The notes: generated from the letters alone by a model not told the origin. DNA of 64,000 nucleotides from Oligoflexales bacterium (GCA_041736175.1 JBGSUI010000191.1:1-64000); one strand, 5' to 3'; positions 47,884 to 58,128 are shown, counted from the stretch's first letter. Numbers and translations are program-made.

Positions 47884-49746
47884 CTAGCGACCCAACTGGA
47901 TCCGTAAAAGCTGGATCGCCGCTGGGGTGACACCGCTGATCCGAGAGGCTTGTCCCAAAGTTTCGGGACGATGCTTGGATAGCTTTTCGACGATCTCGCG
48001 CCTTAAACCGGGAAGACCCAGGTAATCAAAACCGTTTGGGATTTTTAATTGGTCCAAGACAAATTCTGATTTATGGGCTTTGAGGTCTCGCTCGATATAG
48101 CCTTCGTATTTAAGCTCAATCGCAACCCGCCTGCGGATGGTCGGGCCAAACTCGGCCCATGGCGGCAGGAAAGGGACCAAGGATTCTGGGTCCAGGTCGG
48201 GACGACGCAGGATGGTGGCGAGTTTAGTTCCGCTATTGTCCTTGTCTTCGATCAGGCCTTCGGGGATGGAAAAAGGCCCGATATTTTGTTCCCGGACCCA
48301 TTGCAGGGCTGAATCAAGGGTGGTTTGGCGGCTGAGAAACCTTGTGTAATCGTCGTCTTTGACCAGCCCGATCCTCCGACCCAGCTCCGTGAGACGACTA
48401 TCGGCATTGTCCTCTCTGAGATGGAGCCGGTGTTCGGCGCGGGAGGTAAACATCCGGTAGGGTTCGGCGGTGCCCTTGGTGATCAGGTCGTCGATCATCA
48501 CCCCGATATACCCTTGGTGCCTTTCGATAACCAGGGGATCTTGCCCCTTGACTTGGAGCGCCGCGTTGATGCCAGCCATAAGTCCTTGGGCCCCCGCCTC
48601 TTCGTAGCCGGTCGTCCCATTGATTTGCCCGGCAAGAAACAGCCCCGAGACTTTTTTTGTCTGGAGGGTCGACGAGAGTTCTGTAGGGTCCACAAAATCA
48701 TATTCTATGGCATAACCCGGCCTGATAATCTCCACCTTTTCTAAACCTCTTATGGTCCGCACAAACTCGATTTGGCAGCGAAGGGGCAGGGACGTGGAGA
48801 TTCCGTTTGGGTAAACTTCGATCGTTTTGGCCCCTTGGGGTTCCAAAAAGATCTGATGGCTGATCCTATCGGGAAACTTGACCACCTTGTCCTCGATGGA
48901 AGGGCAATACCGGGGGCCGATTCCGACGATCTCTCCGCTGTAAAGAGGGGATTCCGAAAGGTAACCACGAATGACGTCGTGGGTTTTGTGGTTTGTATGG
49001 GTGATATAGCAGGGCAGCAAGGGGCGGTCGATGGCCGTCGTGGAAAAACTAAAGGGGATGATGTCGTCGTCGGAATGTTGTGGTTCCGTCACGCTCCAAT
49101 CGATCGTTCGCCCATCGAGACGGGGGGTGGTCCCCGTCTTAAGGCGTCCCACTCTAAACCCATAGGTCCGCAAAAACTCAGCCAAGCCGAGGGACGGAGC
49201 GTCTCCTGCCCGCCCTGCCGGGATCTTGGTGGTACCGATATGGATAAGGCCGTTGAGAAAGGTCCCGCTAGTGATAACCACAGCGTCCCCATAAAAACTG
49301 CCAAAAAGTCGGGTCTCGACTCCAATCACCCGGGGATGTTCGCCCCCGCAGACGATGAGTTTTTCAACAGTATCTTGTTTGAGGCTTAGTCCTGGACAAT
49401 ACTCCAACTGGCCCTTCATATAAAGCCGGTAGGCTTCCATATCGGCCTGGGCCCGCGAGGACCAGATGGCAGGGCCCTTTTTGCGGTTTAGGGTGCGAAA
49501 CTGGATACCAGTCTGGTCGATGGCCTTAGCCATTTCGCCACCAAGGGCATCGATCTCTTTGACAAGATGTCCCTTAGCCGTGCCCCCGATGGCGGGGTTG
49601 CAGCTCATCGCCGCGATCTTATCGATAGACTGAGTGACGACGAGGGTCTTAACGCCCATCCGCGCGGCTGCTAGGGCCGCTTCGCAGCCCGCATGGCCCG
49701 CGCCGACGACAATGACGTCAAAGTGTTGGGTGTTTTTCGTATTCAA
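47884..49746 (-). CDS. mnmG: tRNA U34 carboxymethylaminomethyl modification enzyme MnmG (GidA)
   Basis: [65 protein letters not shown]. Confidence 0.98.
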   Translation of the reverse strand: MNTKNTQHFDVIVVGAGHAGCEAALAAARMGVKTLVVTQSIDKIAAMSCNPAIGGTAKGHLVKEIDALGGEMAKAIDQTGIQFRTLNRKKGPAIWSSRAQADMEAYRLYMKGQLEYCPGLSLKQDTVEKLIVCGGEHPRVIGVETRLFGSFYGDAVVITSGTFLNGLIHIGTTKIPAGRAGDAPSLGLAEFLRTYGFRVGRLKTGTTPRLDGRTIDWSVTEPQHSDDDIIPFSFSTTAIDRPLLPCYITHTNHKTHDVIRGYLSESPLYSGEIVGIGPRYCPSIEDKVVKFPDRISHQIFLEPQGAKTIEVYPNGISTSLPLRCQIEFVRTIRGLEKVEIIRPGYAIEYDFVDPTELSSTLQTKKVSGLFLAGQINGTTGYEEAGAQGLMAGINAALQVKGQDPLVIERHQGYIGVMIDDLITKGTAEPYRMFTSRAEHRLHLREDNADSRLTELGRRIGLVKDDDYTRFLSRQTTLDSALQWVREQNIGPFSIPEGLIEDKDNSGTKLATILRRPDLDPESLVPFLPPWAEFGPTIRRRVAIELKYEGYIERDLKAHKSEFVLDQLKIPNGFDYLGLPGLRREIVEKLSKHRPETLGQASRISGVTPAAIQLLRIQLGR

Positions 49747-49758
49747 AGTATCTTCCCC

Positions 49759-50235
49759 CTAAGGTTTTGTTTGAAGGGGCTCCGTTGTTTCTGATTCCTC
49801 AACCAACTCGATCAGCAACCCTCCCGTAGACTCCGGGTGCACAAACGCTATGTTAGTCCCGTGGGCCCCTAGTCGGGGTGTCTCGTCGATCATCCGGATC
49901 GATTTGGATTTCAGCTCAGCAAGGAGGTTATCTAAGCGATCGACGGTGAGTGCAAGATGATGGATTCCAGAACCCTTTTTATCAAGAAATTTAGCGATCG
50001 GCCCCTCCCCTTGGGGTGCCGGTGCCAGCACCTCTAGCCGTTGGCCGCTGCCTTGGGTTTCGCGGGGGAGGGATCCACCGTCGTGGCGAAACATGGATGT
50101 CAGGGTCTGCTGGCTGCCCACCAACTCATCCCCTAAAAAAGAAAGTCCTAAAACCTCCCTGAGAAACCACTGTGCTTTGGCGGGATCTTTGGGAGCCAGT
50201 CCCACATGGTTGATTCCACAGATTTTCCATGCCAT
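49759..50235 (-). CDS. mce: methylmalonyl-CoA epimerase
   Basis: INHVGLA, PIAKFLDKKGSGIHHLA, GAHG..IAFVHP.STGG.LIEL. Confidence 0.85.
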   Translation of the reverse strand: MAWKICGINHVGLAPKDPAKAQWFLREVLGLSFLGDELVGSQQTLTSMFRHDGGSLPRETQGSGQRLEVLAPAPQGEGPIAKFLDKKGSGIHHLALTVDRLDNLLAELKSKSIRMIDETPRLGAHGTNIAFVHPESTGGLLIELVEESETTEPLQTKP

Positions 50236-50259
50236 AACATCTCCTTCCCCATGGGGCCA

Positions 50260-50796
50260 TCACGCCTCGACTATTTGGTCCGAGTGGGTTGGTTTACCGC
50301 CATCAGGGGAGACATAGGAGATTTCGCCGGTTCTGCTCGCGAGACTATCTGTGGCCATACCCGCGATGCCGATGGCGTCGAGCATTTCCTTGAGCTCATC
50401 CTGTTGGACGTCGGTCAGGAGATGGGTGGTGATGGAAAGTTGCAGCAGGGATTCTTTGGCGTTCTCAGTGATATTGGAGTATTCCCGTGGATCGAGTTCT
50501 GCAAAGCGCTCGAGGAGCTTTGAAAAAACCACCTCCCGCTCGATATCAGCGCCCGTAGACCACTTGCCTTTTCTCAGGGCGTTGGTCGAAAGGGCGACAA
50601 CCCGCGAAAACTTAGCGCCACAAGTGCCCGATCGCTTCGACTTGTTCATTTTGCCTTTTTCCTTGAGTCGCGCCAGGAGATCGTCATAGGTATATGCAAA
50701 TTTGGACTCCACCTCTTGAACCCCAAGGGGGGTGTCTTGGACGGAGCTCCATATGATGTTGAGGGTGTCCCCAGGTCTTAACTCGACTGATGGCAT
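50260..50796 (-). CDS. hypothetical cytoplasmic protein
   Basis: Probable ATG at 50796 (MPSVELRPGD) after GAGGTG RBS; leads the mce-mnmG-thyA run. Confidence 0.65.
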   Translation of the reverse strand: MPSVELRPGDTLNIIWSSVQDTPLGVQEVESKFAYTYDDLLARLKEKGKMNKSKRSGTCGAKFSRVVALSTNALRKGKWSTGADIEREVVFSKLLERFAELDPREYSNITENAKESLLQLSITTHLLTDVQQDELKEMLDAIGIAGMATDSLASRTGEISYVSPDGGKPTHSDQIVEA

Positions 50797-51236
50797 CTCG
50801 CACCTCGCTTTGTGAGTTGGCGTCTCGCTGTTTTTGACCGATTTTCTACTTTTAGGCGGTGTCCACACTCTCTGCCGTATCAAACCCCAGCCGACTTTCC
50901 CACAGCTTGCAAGCAAGACAGCCATGCTTCAACAGCCTTCGATCACCCCAACAGCAAAAGTATGCTCCTTATTTATTAAATCACTTAGAAGCTGTCAACT
51001 TTAATCACACTATAGAATCATTCGTTTTGTTTCCTATAAAACATTTCAATCAGCTCCCAGGAATGGGTGCTGTGTTCCGTCTTCGGTTTGCCTGTGATCC
51101 CTGTGGGCTATGGGCACCGCCTCCCTTGATGGGGGACCCCCACTGTAACTTTCCTTGTGATATAAACGAGTTGTGTCGTTGATAAGGGTGGTGTACACTG
51201 GCTTCTAGGCACGGGTTTGGGAGGTATGGATAAGAG

Positions 51237-52757
51237 GTGGCAACCGTGGCGAGAAATCGAAAAGGGCAGTGGTGGAGAATGAGCCTGGCCCTTCTCTTAT
51301 TGTCGATGATTCTTATGCGGCTGGTATGGATGCAGCTACGGGTTTACCGAGCCCATGTGGACCCCAAGGCCTACCTGTCGTTGATGTTCTACGAAGATCT
51401 CGCTCCAACGGGCAGTGTTAATTTTGGTCAGATCCCCCTGGGCATTAAACTAGAAAAGGCTGCCAATCCTGCGCCTTTGGGTTGGTATGGCTCCCCTGTG
51501 TTTCGAGTCTTTCATACGATGATCGGGAGCAGTGACAATCTCAACGAAAGGTTTTTTATTCGTAATAACCAATCGTTGCTTATGTTTCTGGTCTTCTTTT
51601 TGGTGATCATGGTGCGATTTATCACCAGTTCGTGGACCTGTGCCCTGATTGTGGGAGCCGTTGTGATGAGTCGCGGCAAACTCCTGTCCGCAGTCGGGGA
51701 GATATCCCAGGATATTCCTCTGATGACTTTGATCGCCGGATTTTATGCATCCCTTGCCCATTGCGTGCGGACGGCCTCCCCGATCAGCCTGGGGTGTGCG
51801 ATCTTGATGTTTGGGACGGGAGTTTTTCTGGACGGTTCCTTTGTTGGCCTGGCGGGGAGCATGCCCCTGATGCTGGGAGGCGGGTATCTGGTGCATCTCT
51901 CAAAGGTGAGGAAAGGGTGGCGCCGGCTCAAAAGACTTCTGATTCCGGTGGTGCTTGTCAAAAAGCTGCGACGGATTGACGGAGGTTCCCTCCCCTTTTT
52001 GAGATGGAGCCTGGAAGTCCGGAGTCTGATCGGGGTGGTTCCAGCGCCAAAGAGCGTCCACCGAGACCGAAGGGTCAACCTCGAGGGAGGTGGCTTGCTC
52101 CAGACCTTAAGGGTGCCGTTTCTCCTGTGGTGTTTCGCCCAAAAACGATGGCTTAAGGTCAGCGTGCTATGGTTTCTTGCAGCCTTGTTTGGTGCGCTTC
52201 TCCTTGTGGGGATGAAGACCTCTTTTGTAAACTCAGAGCCGCTCCATGGATTGACCCAAGGCTGGCTGTTTCAAAATCCCTTGCAGACCCCTTGGATCAT
52301 AAAAGGTGCGAGTTATGAACTGGCCCCCTTTGTCCAACACCAAGCTATGGGCCAGGGGTTTTGGCTTTGGGCCTACTACTGGATCCAGATTCAGTTTGAA
52401 TCGATTGATATCCACCTTATCGCCAGTTTGTTGATCCTGGTGCTATGTCTGTTTCAGCCACCCTCGGCGGGGTTTCCAGGTTTTTCAGAGCTTTGTTGGA
52501 TGGTGGTTTTTGGAGCTTTAGGTCTCTATATCTTTGCCTTTTTGGGCGATCTTTTTGATGAAGCGAGCCTGCAGTGGATGCGCCTTTATTGGCCTGAGAT
52601 GGCCGATCTTACCTGGAAAGCACGGGTGCCCCTGGATTGGCTCGAACCGGTGATTTTAAGCCTTGCCATAGCCGGTATCTACAATCTCCTCGCAGCGATC
52701 GACCAGCCCAAGCCTCGGCGTCCTACCTCGGCGGCGAGAATCAAACCACAATCGTAG
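51237..52757 (+). CDS. hypothetical multi-pass membrane protein
   Basis: About 10 hydrophobic segments in a 506-aa ORF. Confidence 0.65.
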   Translation: MATVARNRKGQWWRMSLALLLLSMILMRLVWMQLRVYRAHVDPKAYLSLMFYEDLAPTGSVNFGQIPLGIKLEKAANPAPLGWYGSPVFRVFHTMIGSSDNLNERFFIRNNQSLLMFLVFFLVIMVRFITSSWTCALIVGAVVMSRGKLLSAVGEISQDIPLMTLIAGFYASLAHCVRTASPISLGCAILMFGTGVFLDGSFVGLAGSMPLMLGGGYLVHLSKVRKGWRRLKRLLIPVVLVKKLRRIDGGSLPFLRWSLEVRSLIGVVPAPKSVHRDRRVNLEGGGLLQTLRVPFLLWCFAQKRWLKVSVLWFLAALFGALLLVGMKTSFVNSEPLHGLTQGWLFQNPLQTPWIIKGASYELAPFVQHQAMGQGFWLWAYYWIQIQFESIDIHLIASLLILVLCLFQPPSAGFPGFSELCWMVVFGALGLYIFAFLGDLFDEASLQWMRLYWPEMADLTWKARVPLDWLEPVILSLAIAGIYNLLAAIDQPKPRRPTSAARIKPQS

Positions 52758-52825
52758 AGTAAAACTAAGGGACTTAACGACCTTTCAAACTTTTCCAAAC
52801 CTTGTCATTTAAAAAAGGAGTATTT

Positions 52826-53740
52826 ATGGAATCGATCGCACAAAAAAAACCAAAGTGTGGGGCCTTGATCCCTCGGCGACACACCTTAGTCAAGTCCTGG
52901 ATCTCGGTGACTTGGATCTCTGTGTCTTGGATTTCTGTGTCTTGCACCCAAGGTGGGCCCCAAGAGGTGAGCGAACCACAGACATCGTCCCCCCAAAGCG
53001 GGAACCAAGATTCCCAGGCTCAAGAGAGCTCAGGGGGGGAGGCTAATCATCTTAAAAACCCCACAGTCCCCCAGGGGGATGCCGATTGTGTGGGAGTGGC
53101 TTCTATTAAACAGGAACTACCTTACTATGTGGCCTCTAAAAATTTGGTGATCAGCCGTTTTGTCACTCCCTGCACCCCTGTCCACGGTGGCGTGGGGCTT
53201 AAACCAAAAAGCTCGTGGATGGCGATGGGCTTTCCTTGCACCGGTGGTGGAGGAAGGGTCGATGTACGAGGGAAATATCAAAATCCAAATTTAGTTTCTT
53301 TTGTGATTGGGACCGAATGTGCAATGGTCCCTGCTGCAAAAGACCAGGTCCAAGCACAGCTCGCCGAAGTGGTTGGTCTCCCCAAAGATGCTCCTTTGAT
53401 GGCCTACCTGCCCTTTGTGGTGCAGTTTTGGGAAGTCCTAGGTCAGCGGGATGCGGATACTGGTTTTGCCATAGAGCTGCGCACTCCGCCCGCGATCGAA
53501 TCGATCTGGAAAGACTTTCGCGAGAGCCGCAACTTTAATGTCAGGCTTTATGGGCGCGAAAACTCTTGGGTTCCAGGAGGGCATTTTTATCAGGTGGATG
53601 CGACGGTGATCCCCGAGGGGCGCAACGTCTTTCGGCTACAAATTATTGCGGTCAAAAAACTCAGTCCCGAAGAAATAAACGTGGTCAAAGCACGCTGCGA
53701 AGGTCTTAGGCCGACCCGTAACTGTGCCGCGGTGTTTTAA
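52826..53740 (+). CDS. hypothetical Cys-rich lipoprotein
   Basis: ATG at 52826 after AAGGAG; SVSC lipobox; several Cys. Confidence 0.65.
   Translation: MESIAQKKPKCGALIPRRHTLVKSWISVTWISVSWISVSCTQGGPQEVSEPQTSSPQSGNQDSQAQESSGGEANHLKNPTVPQGDADCVGVASIKQELPYYVASKNLVISRFVTPCTPVHGGVGLKPKSSWMAMGFPCTGGGGRVDVRGKYQNPNLVSFVIGTECAMVPAAKDQVQAQLAEVVGLPKDAPLMAYLPFVVQFWEVLGQRDADTGFAIELRTPPAIESIWKDFRESRNFNVRLYGRENSWVPGGHFYQVDATVIPEGRNVFRLQIIAVKKLSPEEINVVKARCEGLRPTRNCAAVF
52898..52942 (+). repeat. 3 x 15-bp tandem repeat encoding WISV(T/S)
   Basis: TGGATCTCGGTGACT / TGGATCTCTGTGTCT / TGGATTTCTGTGTCT. Confidence 0.9.
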
Positions 53741-54570
53741 GGGAGTAGCAGCGATGGATCTTTAGGCGGTGGGGGTGATCCTACCGGCTTGGGGATCGCA
53801 AGGGTTTCTCCCGGGAGGAGTTCGGGTTTTTGACCAAGGGCGATGATGCGGCTTTGAAGCCTTTCCAGTGCCCGTCGCACCGCCTTGTCGGTGGGGTCTA
53901 GTTCCAGGGTGCGGATCCAGGCTAACTCGGCCAGTTTGAGTTGGCGCATCTTATGGAGGATGGTTCCCTTCATCTTATGGAGCTGGGGGGCGTTGGGGAA
54001 AAAGGCGATCATGTTGTTGATCTCGACGAGGCAAAACTCGAAGTTTTTTTTGCGGTAGAGGTCGTTGATCTTGGCAAGCCCCCTGGTGAAACTTGGGTTT
54101 TGCCGTGGGCCCTCTTTATCGGCGACACCAAAGGCGGCGTCGAGGACGTTGGTGTCGGTGCTTTTAGATTTGGCCAGTTGGGGATGCTGGGAAGTGAGTT
54201 CGAAGTCCGTAGCCCCCGTTGGGGTGTTCGAGGTGGCGGTGCTATCTACTTCAGGGCCGATCTCGGCAATGGGGATCTGGACATCATAGTCACGGGCAGC
54301 CCCTGGGATTTCGATTTGGTACTCCCGGCCACCGGCTGCGGATTTGATCACAAATTTTTCTTGAGGTCCGTTGCGACCGAGGCTTTGTGTTTCGTTGACA
54401 AAAGGATAGGCGATCGTCCCTTGGATGATATCCTCTTGCATCACGTCACGGGAGCGTTCGCAGGCCATAAACTCTAGTGGGAGGACTAGGGCCAGAATAA
54501 GACGCCCCCAATGGATAGGGATCCAAGGGGTTTTAGTAGGTAAGGGAAAGGATGATATGGCCACCGGCAC
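53737..54570 (-). CDS. TPR lipoprotein
   Basis: FMAC lipobox-like signal; C-terminal TPR (MKGTILH...TLELDP). Confidence 0.65.
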   Translation of the reverse strand: MPVAISSFPLPTKTPWIPIHWGRLILALVLPLEFMACERSRDVMQEDIIQGTIAYPFVNETQSLGRNGPQEKFVIKSAAGGREYQIEIPGAARDYDVQIPIAEIGPEVDSTATSNTPTGATDFELTSQHPQLAKSKSTDTNVLDAAFGVADKEGPRQNPSFTRGLAKINDLYRKKNFEFCLVEINNMIAFFPNAPQLHKMKGTILHKMRQLKLAELAWIRTLELDPTDKAVRRALERLQSRIIALGQKPELLPGETLAIPKPVGSPPPPKDPSLLLP

Positions 54571-55843
54571 CTCCAGGGGTCGAAACGGTTTTGTTGTTGA
54601 TCAAGACCGATGAAGAACCTACAAAATCCAGTCCAAAACTACTGACAAAGCGGCGACCCAGGTAGATATCCCAGCCCGCCTTAAAGACTGGAGCAAGGTA
54701 TCCGGTGGCAAACAGCCCCCCGAGACCGCCGTTAAACCCGTGGCGGATTTCGTTGTAGGATTCCACCGAGCCTATAAGGAGTTGCGAATAGAGGCCGTAG
54801 ATTCCAAAGGCCTGCTCAAAAGGTTTGGGGCGCTGGGACGTGTTGGTTTCTTCAGTGGACGCTGCATCTGTTGTCCCTTCGACCGGATAGGCCGAACGGC
54901 TCGACTGGGCGGTTTTGTAGATGGATAACATCATCCCAAATTCGTTGTGTCGATTGTTGAATTTTTCAGTCCCACGGATCTGCGCGTTAAGCATCGTGTT
55001 GTCTTCGCTCTTGCCGCTTACGTTAGGGAGGATGGCTCCACCTAGGCCAAACATAGAGCGGTATTCGGGGACGTAGTCTTCTCCCGGTCGGGATTTGGCG
55101 ACCTGGGAGTAATCAATAGCTAGTTTTTGGTAGCGGCTTTTGATGGTTTCGCTGTTATAGGTTCGCGCCCAGACCAGCTCTTTGGTTTGAGCTTGGAAGA
55201 CATCGATCGCCAGCACCATATGGGAGGTATGGTAGACCAGGACAGCGTCCATAAAGTAATTGATCCCCAGGAGTGTGGCTGCTGATTCTAGTTTAGCGAG
55301 GTTGGTCGCCGGAGAGGTGATCATCAGCTTGCCTTCCACCAGGGAAGAGGTCCGGGTCTTACAGGGGACACAGGAGATCAACTTGACTTGGCTGTTTTCG
55401 CGGATCCTCTCGGCGAGGAGGGTTTCCATATAGTCTTCGTAGGTGCGGGGGATGGCTTGGGAGACCCGGACTTTGCGGATCGCCACATTGCTGAGACCTT
55501 TGATCTGGCCGATCTTGATGTCATAGCCAAACTCCGCAAGGATTTCATCTAAGACTTCATGGAAGCGGCGAACATGGGAGGATGAGGCAATGCGCATCTC
55601 TTCCCCTTCCTCGGCTTGTTCCTGGCTGAGATCGGAGCTGTTGTTGGTTGCCTTGGCTATTTTGACTTTTCCGACAGAACCACCGGGCGCAACTCCATCG
55701 TCATCAAAATTTTCATTTTGGCTGAGGGCATCGTCCGACAGATCGTCGGCACTCGACTGTCCCCAAGCCTCGTGGGTAGGGAGTGAAGCCGCAAGCCACA
55801 AGAGCAGCAAGAGACGGCGACTCTTTAAGGTCATAGGGAACAC
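54533..55843 (-). CDS. exported protein with CsgG/TolB-N-like domain and C-terminal beta-barrel
   Basis: Signal peptide, acidic linker, LGINYFMDA.L...LAIDVF..TKELVWA alpha/beta pattern, CVPC motif, terminal LSLTY. Confidence 0.55.
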   Translation of the reverse strand: MFPMTLKSRRLLLLLWLAASLPTHEAWGQSSADDLSDDALSQNENFDDDGVAPGGSVGKVKIAKATNNSSDLSQEQAEEGEEMRIASSSHVRRFHEVLDEILAEFGYDIKIGQIKGLSNVAIRKVRVSQAIPRTYEDYMETLLAERIRENSQVKLISCVPCKTRTSSLVEGKLMITSPATNLAKLESAATLLGINYFMDAVLVYHTSHMVLAIDVFQAQTKELVWARTYNSETIKSRYQKLAIDYSQVAKSRPGEDYVPEYRSMFGLGGAILPNVSGKSEDNTMLNAQIRGTEKFNNRHNEFGMMLSIYKTAQSSRSAYPVEGTTDAASTEETNTSQRPKPFEQAFGIYGLYSQLLIGSVESYNEIRHGFNGGLGGLFATGYLAPVFKAGWDIYLGRRFVSSFGLDFVGSSSVLINNKTVSTPGGAGGHIILSLTY

Positions 55844-55888
55844 CTAAATTAAGTTGGGTTAGTTTAATGATGGGGATAAGCACCTCTT

Positions 55889-55915
55889 TTATCGGCTCAT
55901 CAAGACTTTGCTTGA
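55889..55915 (-). promoter_or_regulatory. sigma28-like promoter
   Basis: TCAAG-N14-GCCGATAA, the best match in the window. Confidence 0.75.
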
Positions 55916-55932
55916 GCTAAGGGGGTGGGGGT

Positions 55933-56856
55933 CTATTTTTTAGGTTTTTTGGAATTTTTCGGTTTACCTGATTTCTTTGCCACCTTTTTGGCTGGAGCGG
56001 GAGGTGATTTTGCCGTGGGCTGTGCCTGGGCTACGGGTTTAGGAGGTTCTATCGGTGGGGGAGCTGCTCTATCGGGGTCAAACCTTAGATTGCCCATGGG
56101 GGGGCCGATGGTTTCCATGGACCGACCAAAGGTGTCTTGAGAAATCTGGACATAGCGGCTTTTTAAATATCGAAAGTAGCGGTCTTTTCCTTCTGGTGCA
56201 TCCAGACCCAAACCTAAAATCCAGAGACCCCGCATGGTTTCCAAAAAAAGGGGGGCTAGAGTCTCCATGACCGGACCACCTTCGTCGAGCCTTTGGTCGA
56301 GCCGGGCCACCATATGGAAAAAACAATAATGGTAAACCGGTCGATCATGGTCGATCAGGTCAGCTAACTGGTTTTTAGCCAGGATCATATCCTCTTGGCT
56401 GCCCGCTCGCGCGGCCATGGTGTTGATCTGCTCCATACAAGCATTGATTTTGGTGAGCCCAGGCTGGGGATAGGCCAGGAGCAGGAGTTTGGTGTAGTGA
56501 CGCGTCGGCTTTTTTGGAAAAGGTAGGCCCGAAGTGGAGTCCTCATCGTCAGAGGATTCATTGGGGGATGATGGTTTTGAGTTTTGGGTAGAGGAGGCCT
56601 CTGTGGCCTCTTGGCTGTCGCTGGTGGACAGACAGCCCACCAGTAGTGCCTCACAGACGACAAACCAGCTATAGAGTGTAAATTTCTTAGTTGCCAAGGG
56701 GCCGTGCCTCCAAAGGTCCATCGGCAAAATATGCCCGATACATAAAGATTGGGGTGCTGATGGGTGATTACAAAAGACAAACAATAATGAGTTTTTATTG
56801 TGAATTTGCTGGGATTGACTTCTTGGCTTCGACCAAGGGTTCGGCCGACCAATCAA
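55933..56856 (-). CDS. hypothetical lipoprotein (true start probably downstream)
   Basis: LVGC lipobox, helical domain, Pro/Lys-rich tail. Confidence 0.55.
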   Translation of the reverse strand: MIGRPNPWSKPRSQSQQIHNKNSLLFVFCNHPSAPQSLCIGHILPMDLWRHGPLATKKFTLYSWFVVCEALLVGCLSTSDSQEATEASSTQNSKPSSPNESSDDEDSTSGLPFPKKPTRHYTKLLLLAYPQPGLTKINACMEQINTMAARAGSQEDMILAKNQLADLIDHDRPVYHYCFFHMVARLDQRLDEGGPVMETLAPLFLETMRGLWILGLGLDAPEGKDRYFRYLKSRYVQISQDTFGRSMETIGPPMGNLRFDPDRAAPPPIEPPKPVAQAQPTAKSPPAPAKKVAKKSGKPKNSKKPKK

Positions 56857-57055
56857 GTTTTGGTCAGGAATGTTTCTATAGTTGACTCTGTTGGCGCTTT
56901 GTTATTCACAACATTAGATTTTTGATTCCTCCGCTATCTAGCCGATCTTTTAGGAGTTTTTTCTGAACAAAAGGATAATGAGTATCACACCCAGGATTTT
57001 GGAATACTTATTGCATTAGGAAAATTGCTATTTTTTATAAAAGAAAGGATACGAT

Positions 57056-57907
57056 ATGTTTATTAATCGAGCTATTCAGGTCTTAGGGATTTTAGCGCTT
57101 ATTTTGCACGGCGCTTCCTGTACCAATGTTCCTAAAGGTTCTCAATCAGGTGTAAATGTTACAGGCGGAAAAGAAAACTATGATGCTTATCGTGAGGCAG
57201 TTGGACTGAGAATATCTGATGATCTTAGAATAGATGCTAGATGCACAGGCGCCATAGTACGGCACGATCTAATCCTGACTGCAGCACATTGTGTTCCTAC
57301 GCCCAGTAGCACCAGGGTTGAAGTATTTGATCGTATTAACAGCGCTTTTACGGCAAAAAAGATTACTTCAACTGCTATTCTGGTTCTTCCCACCTACAAT
57401 CATAACCATTCCGATTTTGAAAGAGTTAAAAATGACGTTGCCTTTGTCGTTTTTCCGTCCGGATCTTTCAGTGACCGAGTCATAGGTAAAATTGCAAAAA
57501 AGATGCCCAAGAAAGGTGATGAAGTAAACTTTGTTGGCTACGGTAATTCGCGATGCTCTTCTAGGTTCACTCGCGATGTTGGCTGGGACCGCATCGAGGA
57601 CTTCGATGTTAATAATGAAATCGTACTTGCAAAACATCCTGACGATGGTTGTTCTTACATTGATGCTGGCGATTCTGGGGCACCAGTGTTCAACAGATCT
57701 GGTGAAATCATTGGGGTCGTTAGCGGTGGAGGAAAAGATGGTATCTGGCAGGTCTCTCGGTCAACCAATGTTAATGAACCTAGGATAGCCGATTTCATCA
57801 ACATCGTTCTTAGTTTAAAAAATCCAGCAGCCTGCTTCGTGCCTTGGTATCTAGGGTTTATGGAGTCACATAAAGGTGGCAAAGTAACCACGATCCGTAA
57901 AAACTAA
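57056..57907 (+). CDS. trypsin-like (S1) serine protease, lipoprotein
   Basis: GASC lipobox; catalytic triad motifs LTAAHC, NDVA, GDSGAP. Confidence 0.92.
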   Translation: MFINRAIQVLGILALILHGASCTNVPKGSQSGVNVTGGKENYDAYREAVGLRISDDLRIDARCTGAIVRHDLILTAAHCVPTPSSTRVEVFDRINSAFTAKKITSTAILVLPTYNHNHSDFERVKNDVAFVVFPSGSFSDRVIGKIAKKMPKKGDEVNFVGYGNSRCSSRFTRDVGWDRIEDFDVNNEIVLAKHPDDGCSYIDAGDSGAPVFNRSGEIIGVVSGGGKDGIWQVSRSTNVNEPRIADFINIVLSLKNPAACFVPWYLGFMESHKGGKVTTIRKN

Positions 57908-57989
57908 TCAGCAGACAAAGTGGATCGGGAAGAAGAATCATAAGGTCATAAGATTTTATTTTGGGCTTATCGGGTTGGCTGCGGATTTG
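57907..57989 (+). repeat. 83-bp imperfect direct repeat, copy A
   Basis: Ungapped match to 58688-58770, 66/83 identical by manual count. Confidence 0.9.
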
Positions 57990-58083
57990 CTTGACCGGTA
58001 AAAAACTCGACCGGTTACAGGCTGAAATCAAGCCAGTAAGTGAGTACATCAAGATCTTGGCTAGTGGCAAATATTTATGGTAA

Positions 58084-58122
58084 CCTAAATATACGACTAC
58101 TCGATATACTCGTATATTTAGG
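58084..58122. promoter_or_regulatory. perfect 13-bp inverted repeat (putative operator or hairpin)
   Basis: CCTAAATATACGA-N13-TCGTATATTTAGG, ending 6 bp before the ATG at 58129. Confidence 0.7.
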
Positions 58123-58128
58123 CATCCT

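Noticed and set aside
36241..54477. Long antisense/alternate-frame ORFs (e.g. 36288..36881, 38387..39004, 48772..49389, 53941..54477)
   Set aside because: They shadow well-supported genes on the opposite strand and have no independent motifs.
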